A stretch of 64,000 nucleotides of DNA from the human T2T-CHM13v2.0 reference genome, Homo sapiens (GCF_009914755.1 NC_060927.1); one strand, 5' to 3'; positions 39,190 to 54,730 are shown, counted from the stretch's first letter. Numbers and translations: made by a program. Notes: generated by a model not told the origin, from the sequence alone.

Positions 39190-40640
39190 ATAAAAATGTA
39201 ATGTAATTATTACTAGAATGCCAACATAGGATTGTTTGGGAGGTGAAACATGAAGTAGGATGAAATTGTCTTAAATTTCATATGAATAAATGAATACTAG
39301 ATACATAAGGAATCTTCTGCAAAGATAAATAATAATGGGTGACGAGATTTCCTAGTATCAGAAAAATCTATAATGCCATACTAATTTAATCATATTGGTA
39401 CAGATATAGAAAAACAATCCATGGAACCAAATAAAGAGTTTGTACCTAGATCCCATTTTATATTTATATTTATCAGACTACAGCTATGACTAAAGTAGTT
39501 ACCTTCTAAGAGAAAAATCAAGATTAGTTATTAAAGAGTATTTTATATAAGAGGCTATTTATCTGTAAGAAAATAAAGAAGTTTATATTATTTTATGTCT
39601 TATAAAACAGACAAAAGACTTAATATTAAAATAGTAAAATATCCTGAAGAAAAATATGAACTCTATATGTAACATTTTCACTCAGTGTGCTTCAGAATTT
39701 ATAATATTAACAAAACATTTACTTAGCAAAGAATAGCAAAGAAAACATACGGTATGATAAACAAAGTAAATATATGATAGATCTGAAATATATTTATAAA
39801 GCAGAAGAAAGATTAAAGAGTCCATTTCTATAGTAATACAGAGATCTCTTACAAATTAAGAAAAAATAAAACAACAGATAGGATTTTAATTGATAACTCA
39901 CAAAAGAGCAACCCAAATTATCAAAGAAATGAGATGATAAAATACATTATGAAAATCTAAATTAAATACAATAAGGTAGATTCTCTTCCTTTCAGATTCA
40001 TTAAAAAATTATAATATTTAATTACAGAATATTTAGTTACAGAATCTACTGGTGATTGGGATGTAGAGAAAATGACACATTGGTCTAAAAAATATGAACT
40101 ATTATATCCTTTTGTTCATTTATTCGAGAAATACAAATTGAGCTTAATAAATTGTAGTCACATATCTAAGCATTTTGGATACATTGTTGAACAATAAAAT
40201 ATTCTAAGCACTCTTCTAGATCCTTGGGACATATTATTGGATGGCAACAAAGCTCTTTGCAGAGCTCGTATTCTAGTACAGTCTCTAAACTCAAATAAGC
40301 ATGTGCATTTCAACACAGAAATTCCAAACCTGATATTATAACCCATAAAAATAAAGGCATAACTTATTGACATTTAAACATTTTAGTATATAATTTTGTA
40401 ATAGGGAAATCACCTTAAAACCAAGCGAATGCTCAGTCTTCAATAAAGGACTAATTATGTATATTCTAGAAAATATTATGCAGTCATTCAAAAAGGTGTA
40501 AGAGCTACCTCAGAGGACTTGGAATAATTTATAGAAATTATCTTTGAAAAAATAGCATATTGCAAACAACAGTTTGTTTTTGTAAAACTTAAAAAAGTAA
40601 TGTATATATGGGTGTACAGGAATATAAAACTCTACAGATA
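39190..40640 (+). mobile_element. Degraded L1M(E) ORF2/3' region
   Basis: A-rich; tattggtacagatatagaaaaacaatccatggaacc (cf. WY..R.IDQWN); gaaaatattatgcagtcatt (cf. EYYAAI). Confidence 0.55.
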
Positions 40641-40904
40641 TATGTCAATAAGAGATTATGGTGGATTCTACTGTTATTCTATACTGCCTGGGGAAACAGG
40701 GAAGCAGAGTGGCCAGAAGGAAATGCACACAATAAAGCAAAAATAATAACCTAAACAAGTAAGTTTGTGCTTATGTAATATATACCTGTTTTTTCCACAT
40801 AAAATAAAAGAAGCCCTTTGTGACAGACACTCTTTATAAATTTTTATCATTTCCTGGTATCATGCTACCAAATTCCAGTCAATCTTCACCCATGTTCTAC
40901 CAGA

Positions 40905-41040
40905 GTCATACCATTATTATCCTCATTTGGCAAATGAGGACATGAAGGTTAGAACACTCCCTTCCTTTGTCCATGTTCACACAGCTAGTAAGTGGTGGGA
41001 CTGAAAATTGTACAAAAGCAGTCTACTGTAGTCTACTGCC
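40905..41040 (-). mobile_element. MIR
   Basis: attatcctcatttggcaaatgagga...cacacagctagtaagtgg core. Confidence 0.7.
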
Positions 41041-42594
41041 TTCCCGATGTATTAATATTTCAAAATATAGCATAACCTGGTAAATGCTAAGGGTAAAATG
41101 ACTTTACAACAATACTGAATAGGAGTTTTATTTTTTTCTTAAAGAAAATGCAATTGTGTCTTTGAAATAAGTTAAATGTCTGCTTTGCAATTTTATCTCA
41201 ATTTCATTAAAAGGTCATAGCTGAGTGATGCAATCTGTAGTAAGAGTATGCCGAAAAACTGCTTGCGATTATTTATGCAGAATCAGTGGACTTTGTATAA
41301 TTGGTGAAAAGTCCAATTTTATTTCTTTTACTGTTGTCTCTGTATTATTAATTTTATTCCTATTGATGCCATTTTAGTGGAGCCATATGTGCTCACAGTT
41401 ATTATTGATTATGACAGCAAGTCTTTTACCTTTGAGAAACCTAAAGGTGTTGATGTTTACAACACTGTTACTGCCTTTTAACTACGATTTTTTTTTCTAG
41501 TCCTACTTGCTACCATGACACGCTAGTGTATTTAACATTTCGTTGGGCATTGCATTACCCGAGGGAGAACTAGTCACGCAATGACTTTGGATTGAATGTG
41601 TGCTTTTCTTAGAAGGTAAGTCTCCTTGAATTGTGATGACAGAAGATTTAAAGCTGCTTAATTTATCAAGAAATAATTTTTGTGATGTTTAACCTGTGAC
41701 TGAGATATCGCATTAGATGTAATAAGTCCCGTCTTTATGTAATTTAACATAAAATTATTCAGAAATATGTATCTATTATTTAGAAGAGTAATATATGATT
41801 CTGATATCATGATGACTTTTAAGAATAGAAGAGTTTTCTATTTGCTTTTTATAGGAGGCAGGTACCTAACAATGTGATTTCAAAAAGCCAATATCAACTA
41901 TTTGCTAACATTTTACTAGAAAGCAAGAGCTATCAGAATAAGTAAAATAAATTAATTAATTAGACTGTTTCCATGCGACACCAGAACATAAAAAAGCATC
42001 ATAGCCATAATGTTCAAGCACAACTAACAATAATTTTTGTACGTGTCAGTAAGTTAATTACAAATTTAAAGTTATCAGTTATATTTGAAGAAAACTTGCA
42101 CTAATAGTTTTCAATATATTTTTAATATCTTTGCATTTCATTTTGTTACCCTCATAGAATTTTGAGAACATATGTAATTCATTGAAGTTTTATCTCTAAA
42201 GTATGTTGGGCAACTTATAAAAATTATTGTAATTTGTATGTGCTTTCCCCATGGAGCATCTGGTTAATTATCTGTCACTAATTGACATTTAAGTGATATT
42301 TACTCTTACTTTAGTTGCTGCTCTTCTAAAAGTCATCTGTCAAAAATAACCTTAAAAATTACTAAACATCTGAAAACCAACTTCAAGTTTTTCCATTTGT
42401 AAAGAATAATAATTGTATTCATTTCTCCATGTTACAAATATCCAGAGAAGACTAAATATAAAACACTTTCTGACCTATAGATAATAGATAACAAAACGTT
42501 TAGCAAAGTATTATTATGGGTCCATTTTTATATAAATTTATACATTTTAAGGCCATGCTATTAGGAGTCCAGAAAATACCTGGGTTAATGAGTT

Positions 42595-45077
42595 TGTTTT
42601 GTGAACACTTTTTGTGGTGTTTCTGAACAGAATACCACAGACTGAGTAATTTATTTAGAAAGGAAACTTATTGCTTATGGTTCTAAAAGAAAGGCAGCCC
42701 AGTATCCAGGTGCCAGGATCTGGCAAGAATCTTTATGCTGCATCATCCCATGTTAAGATGTTAAGAGGGTAAAAGAATGAGAGAAACAGACAAAAGGGGA
42801 ACTAAACTCATTTTTAAAAATCAGGAACACATTGCCACAACAATGGCATTATTACATTCATGAAGGCTCTGCCTTCTTAATTACTTCTTAAAATTACTTC
42901 TTAAAAGGTCTCACCTGTTAACACTCCTGCACTGTAGATTAAGTTTCCACCACATGAACTTTGGGGGACATATTCAAACCACAGCATTCCACCCTTGGCC
43001 CTGAAAATTTATGTCCTTCTCACATGCAAAATACATTCATTCCAGTCCAATACCCCCAAATTCTTAATTTATTAAAGCATTAACTCAAAAAAGTCGAAGT
43101 CCAGAGTCTCATCTAAATCAGATATGAGTGAATCTCAAAGCACAATTCATCCTGAGGCAAATTTTCCTCCAGAGGTAAGCCTGTGAAATCAAAGCAAATT
43201 ATCTATTCCCAAAATACAACGGTGTAACAAGCATAGGATAGACATTTGTATTCAAAAAAGGAGAAATAATTCAGAAGAAAGGAGTAACAGGTCCCAAGTA
43301 CAAAACACAACAACAATACGCACAACATTAAATTGTAAAGTTCCAGAATAATATTTCTTGACTCTATGTTCCTCCTCCTGGACATATAGCTGGACATGCT
43401 GGACTGGGGGTGGGCCTTCAAAGTCTCAGGCAGCCACACTTGTATGTCTTTGTTGGACATAGGCTACACCACAACTCTCACAGGTTGGAATCTCAGGCTT
43501 GCAACTCTCCCAGGCTGAAGTTTTATGCTGATAGCTCTACAGTTCTAGAGTTTATGTAATATCCCTGACCCCACAGTTCTGCTGGGCATTGCCCCAGTGA
43601 GGGCTCTCTGTGGTGGCTCTGTTCCTGCATCAAGTTTCTGCCCTGCCTGGGCCCCAAGGCTGTCCAATACATTCTTTGAAATCCAGGTGGAGGCCACCAC
43701 AGCCCTACAGCTTGTGCACTCCGTGTGTCCGCAGAGTCAGCACCATATGGATGCTGCCAAGGCTTACTGTTTGTGCCCTCCAGTGTGGTGAGCCAAGCTG
43801 CAACTAGGCCCACTGAGCTATGGGTAGTGGTGGGGGCTGAGAAGTGCTCCACCACGATGCAGTGAGCCAATGTTTGAAGCAGCACAGGATGGTGAATCCT
43901 GAGGTCCCACAGGCTCCTCTCTGAAAACTGCCTTCAAGGTTCTGCTCTGGACCAGCCTTGGAAGGGGCAGCCTAATATCTCTGAAATGCCTTGAGAGTTT
44001 TACCTCATTGTCCTGATGAATACTACCTGGCTCCCTTCTACCCAATCGTAATCTCTTTAGCAAAGGGTCACTTGGCCACACCCTTGGTTTCCTCTCCTAA
44101 ACATGCCTTTTCATTCTTTACATGACTAGCCTAAATATTTTCAAAATCTTTACTTTCTGCTTCCTTTTTAATTATAAATTCCATCTTTAGATCATTCCTC
44201 TGTTCTCTCCTTTTACGGTGAATGGCCTAAAGAAGCCATGTAGCACTTTCTACCCTTTGCTGCTTAGATATTTCTTCTTCTACAAGATAATTTAGCTCAT
44301 CACTCTTAAGTTCTGCCTTGCATAAGGCCCTAAGTCAGAAACACAATTCCGACAAGTTCTTTGCAACTGTGTAACAAGGGTGGCCTCTACTCTAACTTCC
44401 AGTATCTTGTTTCTCAATTTCATTTGAGACCTCATCAGACTGGCCTTTAGTGTCCATATTTCTACCAACATTCTCATTTCAACAATTTAAGTAACCTCTA
44501 GGAAATTTCAGTTTCCCTGCAGCTCTTCTTTCCTTCTGGGCCCTCACCAGAAATGCCTTTAACACTCAATTCACAGCAATTTAAGTTTTTTAAGTCTGCT
44601 TATCCAAATTCTTCCAGTCTGTACCCAATACCCAGTTCCAAAGGTGCTTCCACATTTTTTGGGTATTTGTTATAGCAATAAACCCACTTCTGGTACTAAT
44701 TTTCTGCTTTAGTACATTTTGTGTTGCTAAAACAGAATACCATAGACTGGGTAATTTATAGAAAAAAACTATTTCTCACAATTCTGGAGGCTCGGCAGTC
44801 TAATATCACACTACTAGCATCTGCTGAGGCCTTCTTGATGCTTTATCCTATGGTGGAAGGTGAGAGTGTGAGAGAGGGCAAGAAAGAGAGAGACAAAAGG
44901 GACTGAACTTACGCTTTTTATCAGGAATCCATTCTCACAATAGCTAAATTGCACTTGCAATAATGGTATTAATCCATTCATGAGGGCAGAACTCTCATGA
45001 CCTAATTATACCTTAAACATGCATTGGGCATACATTTCTAACACCTGAGCTTTGAGGGACACATTTAAACCATAAAA
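42595..45077 (-). mobile_element. Full-length MST/MLT1A-like MaLR: LTR ~42595-42986, internal, LTR ~44705-45077
   Basis: Two LTRs sharing acagaatacca.agactg.gtaatttat and ggacatattcaaacc/ggacacatttaaacc ends; MaLR internal sequence between them. Confidence 0.85.
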
Positions 45078-46722
45078 ATGTGTTGAGTCAAAAACATGCT
45101 ATTTTGTTTCTAAAAGGATCCATTTAGCTATGACTTAGCAACTAGCAGAAATACTGTGTAAGGGAATTCATTTCATTATGTGAACTCATGACCTCAATTT
45201 TCACAGGTAAATAGTAGAACAGTTTGACTAATCTTCTAAAGCCAATCCACTTATATTTGACATGGCAATGTTTGTTAGGAAATATTTCATAGGCAAAACA
45301 GGATAGCAGAACTATTTGTGTTTTCCCCTCCAGTGAAATGTGAAACGAGTGACAATAAATAGTTCAAGACTGATTTTAGATAGAGGAAAAAAATGTATGA
45401 ATTTAATAACAGTATTATGAAAAATTAGTTTCATAATTGTTAGAGAACAGGATATATTATTATGTGTACCTAGAAGATCATCAAGAACTACAGAAATAAA
45501 TGGCATTTCTGTTTAAATACTCTCCTATTTGTAGCATTATAAGCAAATATTAAACCTGTATGAAATTATTATATGCAACTATAGTTAAAATTTTTTCAAG
45601 AATTATTACTTCAAAACACTTTCTAAGGTGGAATAATTTTAACTGAAAAACAAAATAATTTTGTACTTTGCCTTTTGTTTATTGTGTATCATAGCATACT
45701 TGGCAAAATCTCTGCTAATTCTCTCATGTATACATTGACATTATGTGAAGGAAATGGTTTGGATTAAAGAGAAAATTCTTCTTTCATGCTGTGCTTAAAA
45801 TAACTCAACTGGCTTGAAAACCATGTGGATCAAAACCAGCATGACTGAATGATTCAACATGATACATCATCGTACTAAAAGCAGATTGAAACAAAAATGT
45901 GTAGCTTATAAAATGCAAACATTATTTTAAAGTATGCAAAAATGCCAGTTCTTGTAAACATCAGTTGGATACCAAAGATGTTTAAAAATTTACCTTTAAT
46001 ATTGGTATCTAGTCTGTGCTTTTGATGCCTGTGCTTTTATAGTGGTTAATAGATACTTTTAAAAAATGGGTGATTCAATTCAGTTTTCCATTAAAAGAAA
46101 TAAAAAATGTATATCAAATATATACCAAAATATTTTCGAATTTAATAACATTTTATTAGAGTTCTGTAGTTCAAGCTACTTTTATAATGATTTATGTATA
46201 GAAGATTTTTTCAAAAAAAGCTTGTCAATGAAAAATCTTTTCACTTACTAAATCAAGAGTTACTCTATACCTTGCTAAATATAGAAGTGCAACTTGACAT
46301 GTAGCCTAATCAAAAATTTAAAGAGGAAAGTATAGTACTTTATTTTCAGATTTCGTAGCATTTTCAATAACATTATTTGACAAACCTGCTACTCTTATAA
46401 TATCTTTGTTTTTTTATAGCACGTTTGTTAAGATTGGCATACTGAAATGTCTCCAGTTGGATCTATAAACAAAAAGGAGTTTCATGATCAGTTTCTTTGA
46501 GAACATCAGTGTTTCTTGGTCTAAGCTAAACGCTAAATTAAAACAACATAAAGGGAATATTCACTCTTTTTATTATTATTTCTATGACTGTTGTTACTTT
46601 TACCTAGAACAGTTGTGAAATTGAGAGACAGAACACAAATGTTGTTAGAAAGAAATGGCTATGATTATTTCATGTAAAATGAGGAATGGAAGAAATCGTT
46701 AGCTAGAAATATCAGGTATAGA

Positions 46723-46790
46723 GTGGGGGCAGAGAAGTGCTGTGCCACAATGCAGTGAGCAGATGTTGGAAGCAGCACAGGAAGGTGAAT
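46723..46790 (+). repeat. Isolated 68-bp copy of MaLR internal sequence 43830-43897
   Basis: Ungapped alignment, 59/68 identical by manual count. Confidence 0.85.
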
Positions 46791-48935
46791 ATTCACCATG
46801 GTTTTAAGGCAGAAGCAAGATCTGAGAAATAAATCAAAAAGGAGATAATCAAATGTTTAGTGAGATTGTCCCAAAGACAGACATAAGTTATAGCTAAATA
46901 TAAACCCAATTTCTCGTCATTAAAATAAATTATCGGGGAAAATGTTATTCCTAGTAATAGATTGCCTTGACAATTGAAGTTTACTTTTTCAGAAACTTTT
47001 GCCATTATTATTTAAAACAAACAAATTTAAAACAACCCTTGTTTCTAAAACATTGCATACATCTAACAGAACTGACCATTTCTTACCTTATTAGCTTGGA
47101 GTGCTCTATTTTTTTTTTTTTTCAATTCCAAAGTACCTTCTCCCCAAATGCTGTATGTCTAAGGGTCCTTTGCTTTTGTCATTGTTTTGAGACTGAACAC
47201 ACGGACTTCAGATACTTCTGCGTAACTAGATGTTGGGGGTGGACAATGGCAGCTTCCATCCAAATAGTAACTTAGGTGAAATTATGAAGTCCTTGGTGAA
47301 ATTTCCACTCACATGAAGTGGAGATATTTAGCAGACAAGGACTCTCAGCAACATAAACACTCATGGTTTACTGTCTCAGTTTGATCCTTCTCACCAGCCC
47401 TTAATATCTGAATATTGGAATAAATAACTCCACCTAATATAGCGAAGAAAAAGACAAAATCTAACCTGACTTTTAAGATACGAAGTATGTTGAGGGGTCA
47501 TATTCTATTAGACATATTTTCTTTTCTTTGTTTTTAAATATACAATTAGTATATTTCAAAATGTTAAATATAATTTAACTTTTCCTTAATTCTAGGTCAT
47601 ATTATTGATGAGGTTTTATTTCCTTTTCCTTGCTTTATTTTGTCAAATTCCTTTTATTTTCTTTTTGTTAAACCAATATCTAGCATCATCCTTAACAAAA
47701 AAGCATTATGAGTAACATATTAGGTAATTAAAAAATTAAAAATATGAAGGGTGTATATTACTACCCTTAGCAGTTTCCTGGAAGTAGTAATTTACTTAAT
47801 AAAGCTGTAAATAGTTATAAATATTTGGTAGTTTTTAAAAAGTGGTGAACATTAAAAAGATAGAAGAAATCACATTAAAATGTGTTAAAGTATAAAAATA
47901 TTTTACAAAAAGAATTTAGCTAATATTAATATGTTTTTATATATTTAATTTAGAATATAAATTAAAAGATTTCCAGTCAATTTTTTTCTTATCCTAGAAT
48001 CTCATATCTGACTTGAATAAGATATGCAATTACATGTATTGGTTATTGCCAATCTTTAAAAAATTATTGAAAAATTACTCTATGCATGGCAATGCTAGGT
48101 ACTATAAATAGAGGGTTTATTTATTAGTTGTTTATTTATAATATTTATTAAACTATTCACAAATTTATTTAACATCATCATTGAAAGGATAATTGTGTCC
48201 TTACAAGTAATAGACCTGTATTCATTCTTGGAAAATGTCTCCAATATTATTTCAGATACCTAACTTTAAAATTAGAGTCTGTCAATTTAAAGTATTTATT
48301 TCCCTCATCCAACAACATCTTATGAGAAAACTACATATAATGCAAACCTACTCTGGATAACCTTGGCAGATGTAGAATAAAACAGAATGTCACCATGTGG
48401 CTAACATGATTGCCAGGAAGGTGAGAGGATCAAGTTAGAATAAAAGCAGGGTAGGTACTGAGGAAACCTACAAAGTCATGTCATTCCTAGCATGGCCATT
48501 CAGATGGCCACAGGATTTTACTGGGAGTAGGGTTAGCACTGCTTTGGTGTAATCTTTGCTGCTGCACAGCTGGACTCTCAATTTGATGTTATCATCATGG
48601 ATAATTTTTAACTGTTTCACGTCAGGATGACTTCCTTTCCTCTGGGCTCCACATCTCCATTCCTGGCATAAATGAGGACTGAAGATATATATTCTATTGC
48701 CTCCCAATGTTGAATCAGTGATGTAAGCTCTTTCCATCAAAACATGAAATCAATTTCTCTATCCTTGATTTTGGTCTGCTTTAGGAATACATCATGAGAA
48801 GGAGATGAGTCATCATAAATATCCCTAAGAAAAAGTTATAGGCTGATGTTCATTTTTGTACATACCTTTCATGGATTGAAAATATGGAAAAAAAATGAAA
48901 GGGTACAATGGATAAGGGGAAAATAGATAAAGTAG

Positions 48936-49408
<473 letters not shown>

Positions 49409-51264
49409 CTAATTTTTGCAGCTTGGTATAATTAAAATAGCAAAATAGTTTAGAAAATGGATCTTTTAGATTTGAAATTGGCTTTTTAACACTTTTTCAA
49501 TTTTTTAAAATTTAAAAACTCCATTTTTCTTCTTAAAACCTGAGGGAAATTCAACCATAAATGTCATACACCTTTTGGATAAAAATGTACTAGAGTATTG
49601 ATTGAGAATAGTAAGATTATGTGACAAGAATCAAAGTGTCATAGGCAGAAGTTACTCATCAGCTTCATCAGAGAAAGGATATTGTGTCAACCTGTTTCTT
49701 AATCTGATTAATAGCTTTTCTATAGATTGTAATTTATTATCCTCACACCTAATAATTATGCTCCAGTTGAAGCCAGCTGGGAAACACTAAGAGAATTTTA
49801 ATATTTGTTTTCTAATTAGGATGATCATTTTCAATTAGCCTCCACTTAAAGCTCTTAAATAAAATATAGTTGCTGAAACCCTCAGACCTGTCATTAAACA
49901 GAAACCTGTGGGCCTTTTATTGCATCCCCTATATTTAGCTTTCCAAATTACTCATAATGCTTTTTATCTTCTGCTGGCCATTTTATAAATTCTATCCACA
50001 TACCCAAAGCTGTAAGCTGGGAATAAAAAGAGGACTTTATCACTTGCTAGGGAGATTCCTTTCCAGTTAAACTTCCTTGTAGCCAATCAATTTGTCAGAT
50101 CAGAGGACTATCTTTTGTGAGAGTTCCTCTGAACTAAAGCTGACAGGGCTAGGCTAGGGTCAGCTGTCTGATAAATCAAAGTGAAAGATAACTTAAAGCA
50201 CTACAGTAGAGAGGGTTAGGGATTAGCACAGATGGCATTATCTGGGAGTTCACATTGATAAAAATCATATTTGTAAGAGTTAGCCTGCAAGACTTTTTTT
50301 TCCCAACTCTTCTATTCCCTGCCCTCTCAAATGACATTCAGATTAATTAGAAAAGTTCGAAAAGAACGGGACTCATAAGCCATTTATCTAACAAGTGGTA
50401 AGATTTTTAAAAATTAAATCTTGATGGTCTTCAATAAAACAGCTTAATAAAGATTAAGGGTTATCAATCTTTGCTCTAAGCTATCAAAACTAAGTGACCT
50501 TAAATTATATTGAAGTGATATGCAGTAACAAAGTGACAGATACTTTATTGAAGGTTACAATTCTGAGAACATTCAGATATTTATTTACTAAAAGTTTATA
50601 AATTTTATGAAGAAAAAATAACTTTTTCAAAATATCTATATTTATCAGAAATAATCTTTTGCCTCTAAGGTAGAGTTCATAATTATATTCTTAACTTACA
50701 ATTTAATTTCAGTAGAAAATATTGCTATGTTTGAGTCTAAGAATTCCAAACATTGAAGCCAATAAATTAAAACAACTTATGTTTCTAAGTTTTAAAATCA
50801 ATCATAAAAATCTTCCTAATTTATAGGTAATTTATATGCATGAGATAATACACAATGCATCTAATTGTTGTGCCAAGTTGTCTTAAAATAAAAGTGTGAT
50901 GAGTGGGTAATACTAAGTCTTTTTTCTCCAGTACAATATCACAGTCATTCTGTGCGGCTCAAATGGAGAGGTAAAGGCATGCAGATCATCAATCGTCTAA
51001 AATGTCACCACACACTTTGCAAAAAAGAAGACTTATTAGTAGCTGAGGATCTGAAAAATGTTAAAGTGAAGTGTTTTCCAAAAATATACCAAAAGACATT
51101 CTGTCTCTAACTCTTCTGCCTTCATAAGAAGTCACCAAACCAAACAGGGTTTTTGTTTTTGTTTTTGTTTTTGTTTGCTGCTGTTGTTGTTTTTTTCTCA
51201 TACTGCAAAAAAGTTTCCAAGGAAGGGAACTAATTTAGCGAATTACAAAAATTTACCTCTGTCA

Positions 51265-51659
<395 letters not shown>

Positions 51660-54594
51660 TTATGTAAAATTGCAATAAAATATTTCAATAGAATATAAAC
51701 TTATACTTACTCTATAAGAAGAAAAGACAATTTACTGAAACAGGACAAAAAGAGAAAAAATAAATTAAAAAAAGTTGAGAGTGTATAAGATATTTTACAG
51801 TATTCTGTGAATCACAAGAAGTTTTACCTATTAAATTATCTCCAGAATTAAACATAAGAATCTTATAAGTGCTATAGATTTATAAGATTATAAGTGCTAT
51901 AGGGTTTATGAGATTCAATTTGTTACAAATGATTTTCTGATGAAATATTTGAAGAAATATTATTTCAGATAAATTTAAGAAAATGTGGTAATTAAACATT
52001 CATTGCATAAACTTTCTTATAATAGTCAGTTTTACGAAGTTACATTTTGAACAAAATTCCACATCTAAAGCAATAATTAAATAAAACATATTAAATACTT
52101 AATGATTTAAAATAAAAATTAACCATGAATATTCATTCTTAAATAATTTATATTCTAAGATATTTGCTGTGTTCATATTATTTCATATGTCCAGGGAATC
52201 TAGATGCAAAGTAATTTCTTGCTTTCACAGGGATTGAAAAAATAAATCTGATAACATAGAGGAGCTTCTTTAAGGTAATTATGAGAAATCAAAATTGAAA
52301 TGTAAAGTAAGAAAGACTGATATTAACATTCGGATACTTTTTGTAAATAATCCTGTTACTCAATCTTTAGTTCCTCTTTCTTCTCCTCCTTTTTCTTCTT
52401 TACTTGGCATAACTTTTTAATTTATGAATTAGAAAAAAAAATTACACTTTTTATGACAATGTAAACAATTTAATCTCCATAATTGGTAAATTAACTGAAA
52501 TAAAACCAAAAGATATTTTTAGATGCTACAGGAAATACAGACATCTATCTACTGTTTAAAAGGTATTCTGCATTGTAACCAAAAAATTTATTTTTGTTTT
52601 CCGAACTTTACAGTTTGTTTGGCTCAAAAATGCACAATTTTGGGGGGAAAAGGAAAAGTAAGTTGAAAACAAATGACAGTGTCACTAATCAAAGTAAAAT
52701 ATATTTAAAATCTGGAAGTACATACAATTTTTTATAAAAATGAAATTCCTTAAAAGGCTTGATATTTATTCAGGCTTTATGCATCAGCAGGTACCTGTAA
52801 GAAAAACTCTATTAGGGTAGTGATGACAAACAGGTATATACTTATGTACTTACATAATATCCAGGAAATTGGAGTTGTTCCACCACAATGAAGAAATGAA
52901 TTTTCAGAAGGTTTCTTGAATGAGAAGGAAGAGAGCAAGCAATTCCATCCAAGTGAGCTTGCTTCATCCACGATTGGGTGAGGGGAGAGGGAAAAGCCTA
53001 TTTGTAGTTTGAGAATAGATTAGAATAAATACTTTTCTTGAATGTCACAAAAAGCTAACTGAGATGGTTTTCCAGTTTCCAAGACTATAAAATGTATAGA
53101 CCAATCCATGGTAAAACATGGCTACTGAACTCAGAGGAAATGAAAAACATGACACATCTGACCATAATTATTGAAAGGTGAGATACTCTAATAGTAACAT
53201 CAGACGAGGTAAATAAAAGAGGACAGCAAGACTGCTGTTCCTCAATGAAATATTTCCAAATGTTTCTTAAGACCCAGTGAATATTTCAGAGATAGCATTT
53301 CTGGACACATGAGTCTCATTAAAAGCAGAAGACATAAACATGATAGCTGTAACTTTCATCGCTGGATTAGTCTATGGGTTGAGCCAAAAGCATCATCATG
53401 AAAACTGTCATTAAAGATGTACTATCATGACTTACATCAAAGACATATGTTCTTTCCAAACAAATGAAGTATCCCCACATGAATGGGAGGAGAGTTTTTA
53501 CAAAATAACTCTGTCATTCCTTGGCATTTTTCTTAAATTATGAGTAAAATTGCACCTTACAGTCGATTGCATTAATGCTATGAAACTGAATGTTTTAGGA
53601 TATATAACAAAAAAATTACTGGTAATTGCTCATCGCTGAGGCTTCCCCAAATGTAGAAAAGTTGTGGAGCTCTTTTTCAAGATATTTTAAATCCCCTCCC
53701 ACACTTAGAATAAAGAGAGGCACTTATCCAACATCCAGATCTCTTCTTGGCACACATATTGGAATAAAACATCAGGGTTGAATTGGGCTTTGATGAATAA
53801 TGGCATGGTTCTTCAAAGGGAGTGAAACAAAAAAGGCATTTGACATCATTCATCAAAGAAGGCTCAAAATGGCACAGATCAAAAGCAACTGTGGTTCCAA
53901 ACATCTCTAGATAGTTCTTCAGAAATGGGAGAAGCCTCCTGGATTTCCTTGATTAGTTTTTCATCTAGCATTCCAATTAAAATTAAAAGTGTCAAGTCAC
54001 AATTATGTTCACTTCCGTATGTGTTCCCATTCAAGATTTAAATGACGAAAAAAAAAGTTGGAATCAAAGTTTTTGCAGGCACTTCAGACCACATTGAGTT
54101 AGGTGAAGGTCCTTTTTCTAAAAGAAGATCATGGAGATTTTTTCAACAGCAGGAGTGACAGAGACACTACTCTTAAGAATCTTCACCCTATTCTTCAAGA
54201 GAAATGGAAGATTTTTTGAGATTTCAGTGTCAGCTTTTTCATTATTCATAAATTATTCACTAAACACTTGCTTTTGAATGTTTCTTTCAGACAGAAATCT
54301 CTTATATGATCTGGATGCTTTTTCATCTCCAGCAAGATTTTTTCTGATTTAATTGGAACCTTACTCTTTTAAAATAAATTATCACAATTGACTAGATGTC
54401 ATTACTTATGACATAATGATATTCCATACACTGCGCATGTCAACAATGTTTTTAATCAAATATACATATTTCATTATTACATTAATTGAATTTTTTCATT
54501 CTGTTCTTATAACTGAGAATAGAACATTATACTTTTGAATGTGTAGAACCATCGATTACTACATCCTTTGGTACTTCAAATTATCCACTTCAGT

Positions 54595-54730
54595 AAGGCA
54601 TGGTGGCACACACCTGTAGTTCCAGCTACTCCAGAGGCTGAGGTGGGAGGATTACTTGAACCCAGCAGTTTGAGACCAATCTGGGAAATATAACAAGACC
54701 TAGTCTCTAAAGTAATAATGAAAAAAGAAT
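54595..54730 (+). mobile_element. FLAM-type Alu monomer
   Basis: Single monomer ggcatggtggcacacacctgtag...gacctagtctctaaa. Confidence 0.8.

Noticed and set aside
51862-51915. Short tandem duplications (also 6893-6918, 18858-18882, 42875-42905) as an array
   Set aside because: Two-copy slippage products; no repeat-spacer structure, and no CRISPR-like array in this eukaryotic window
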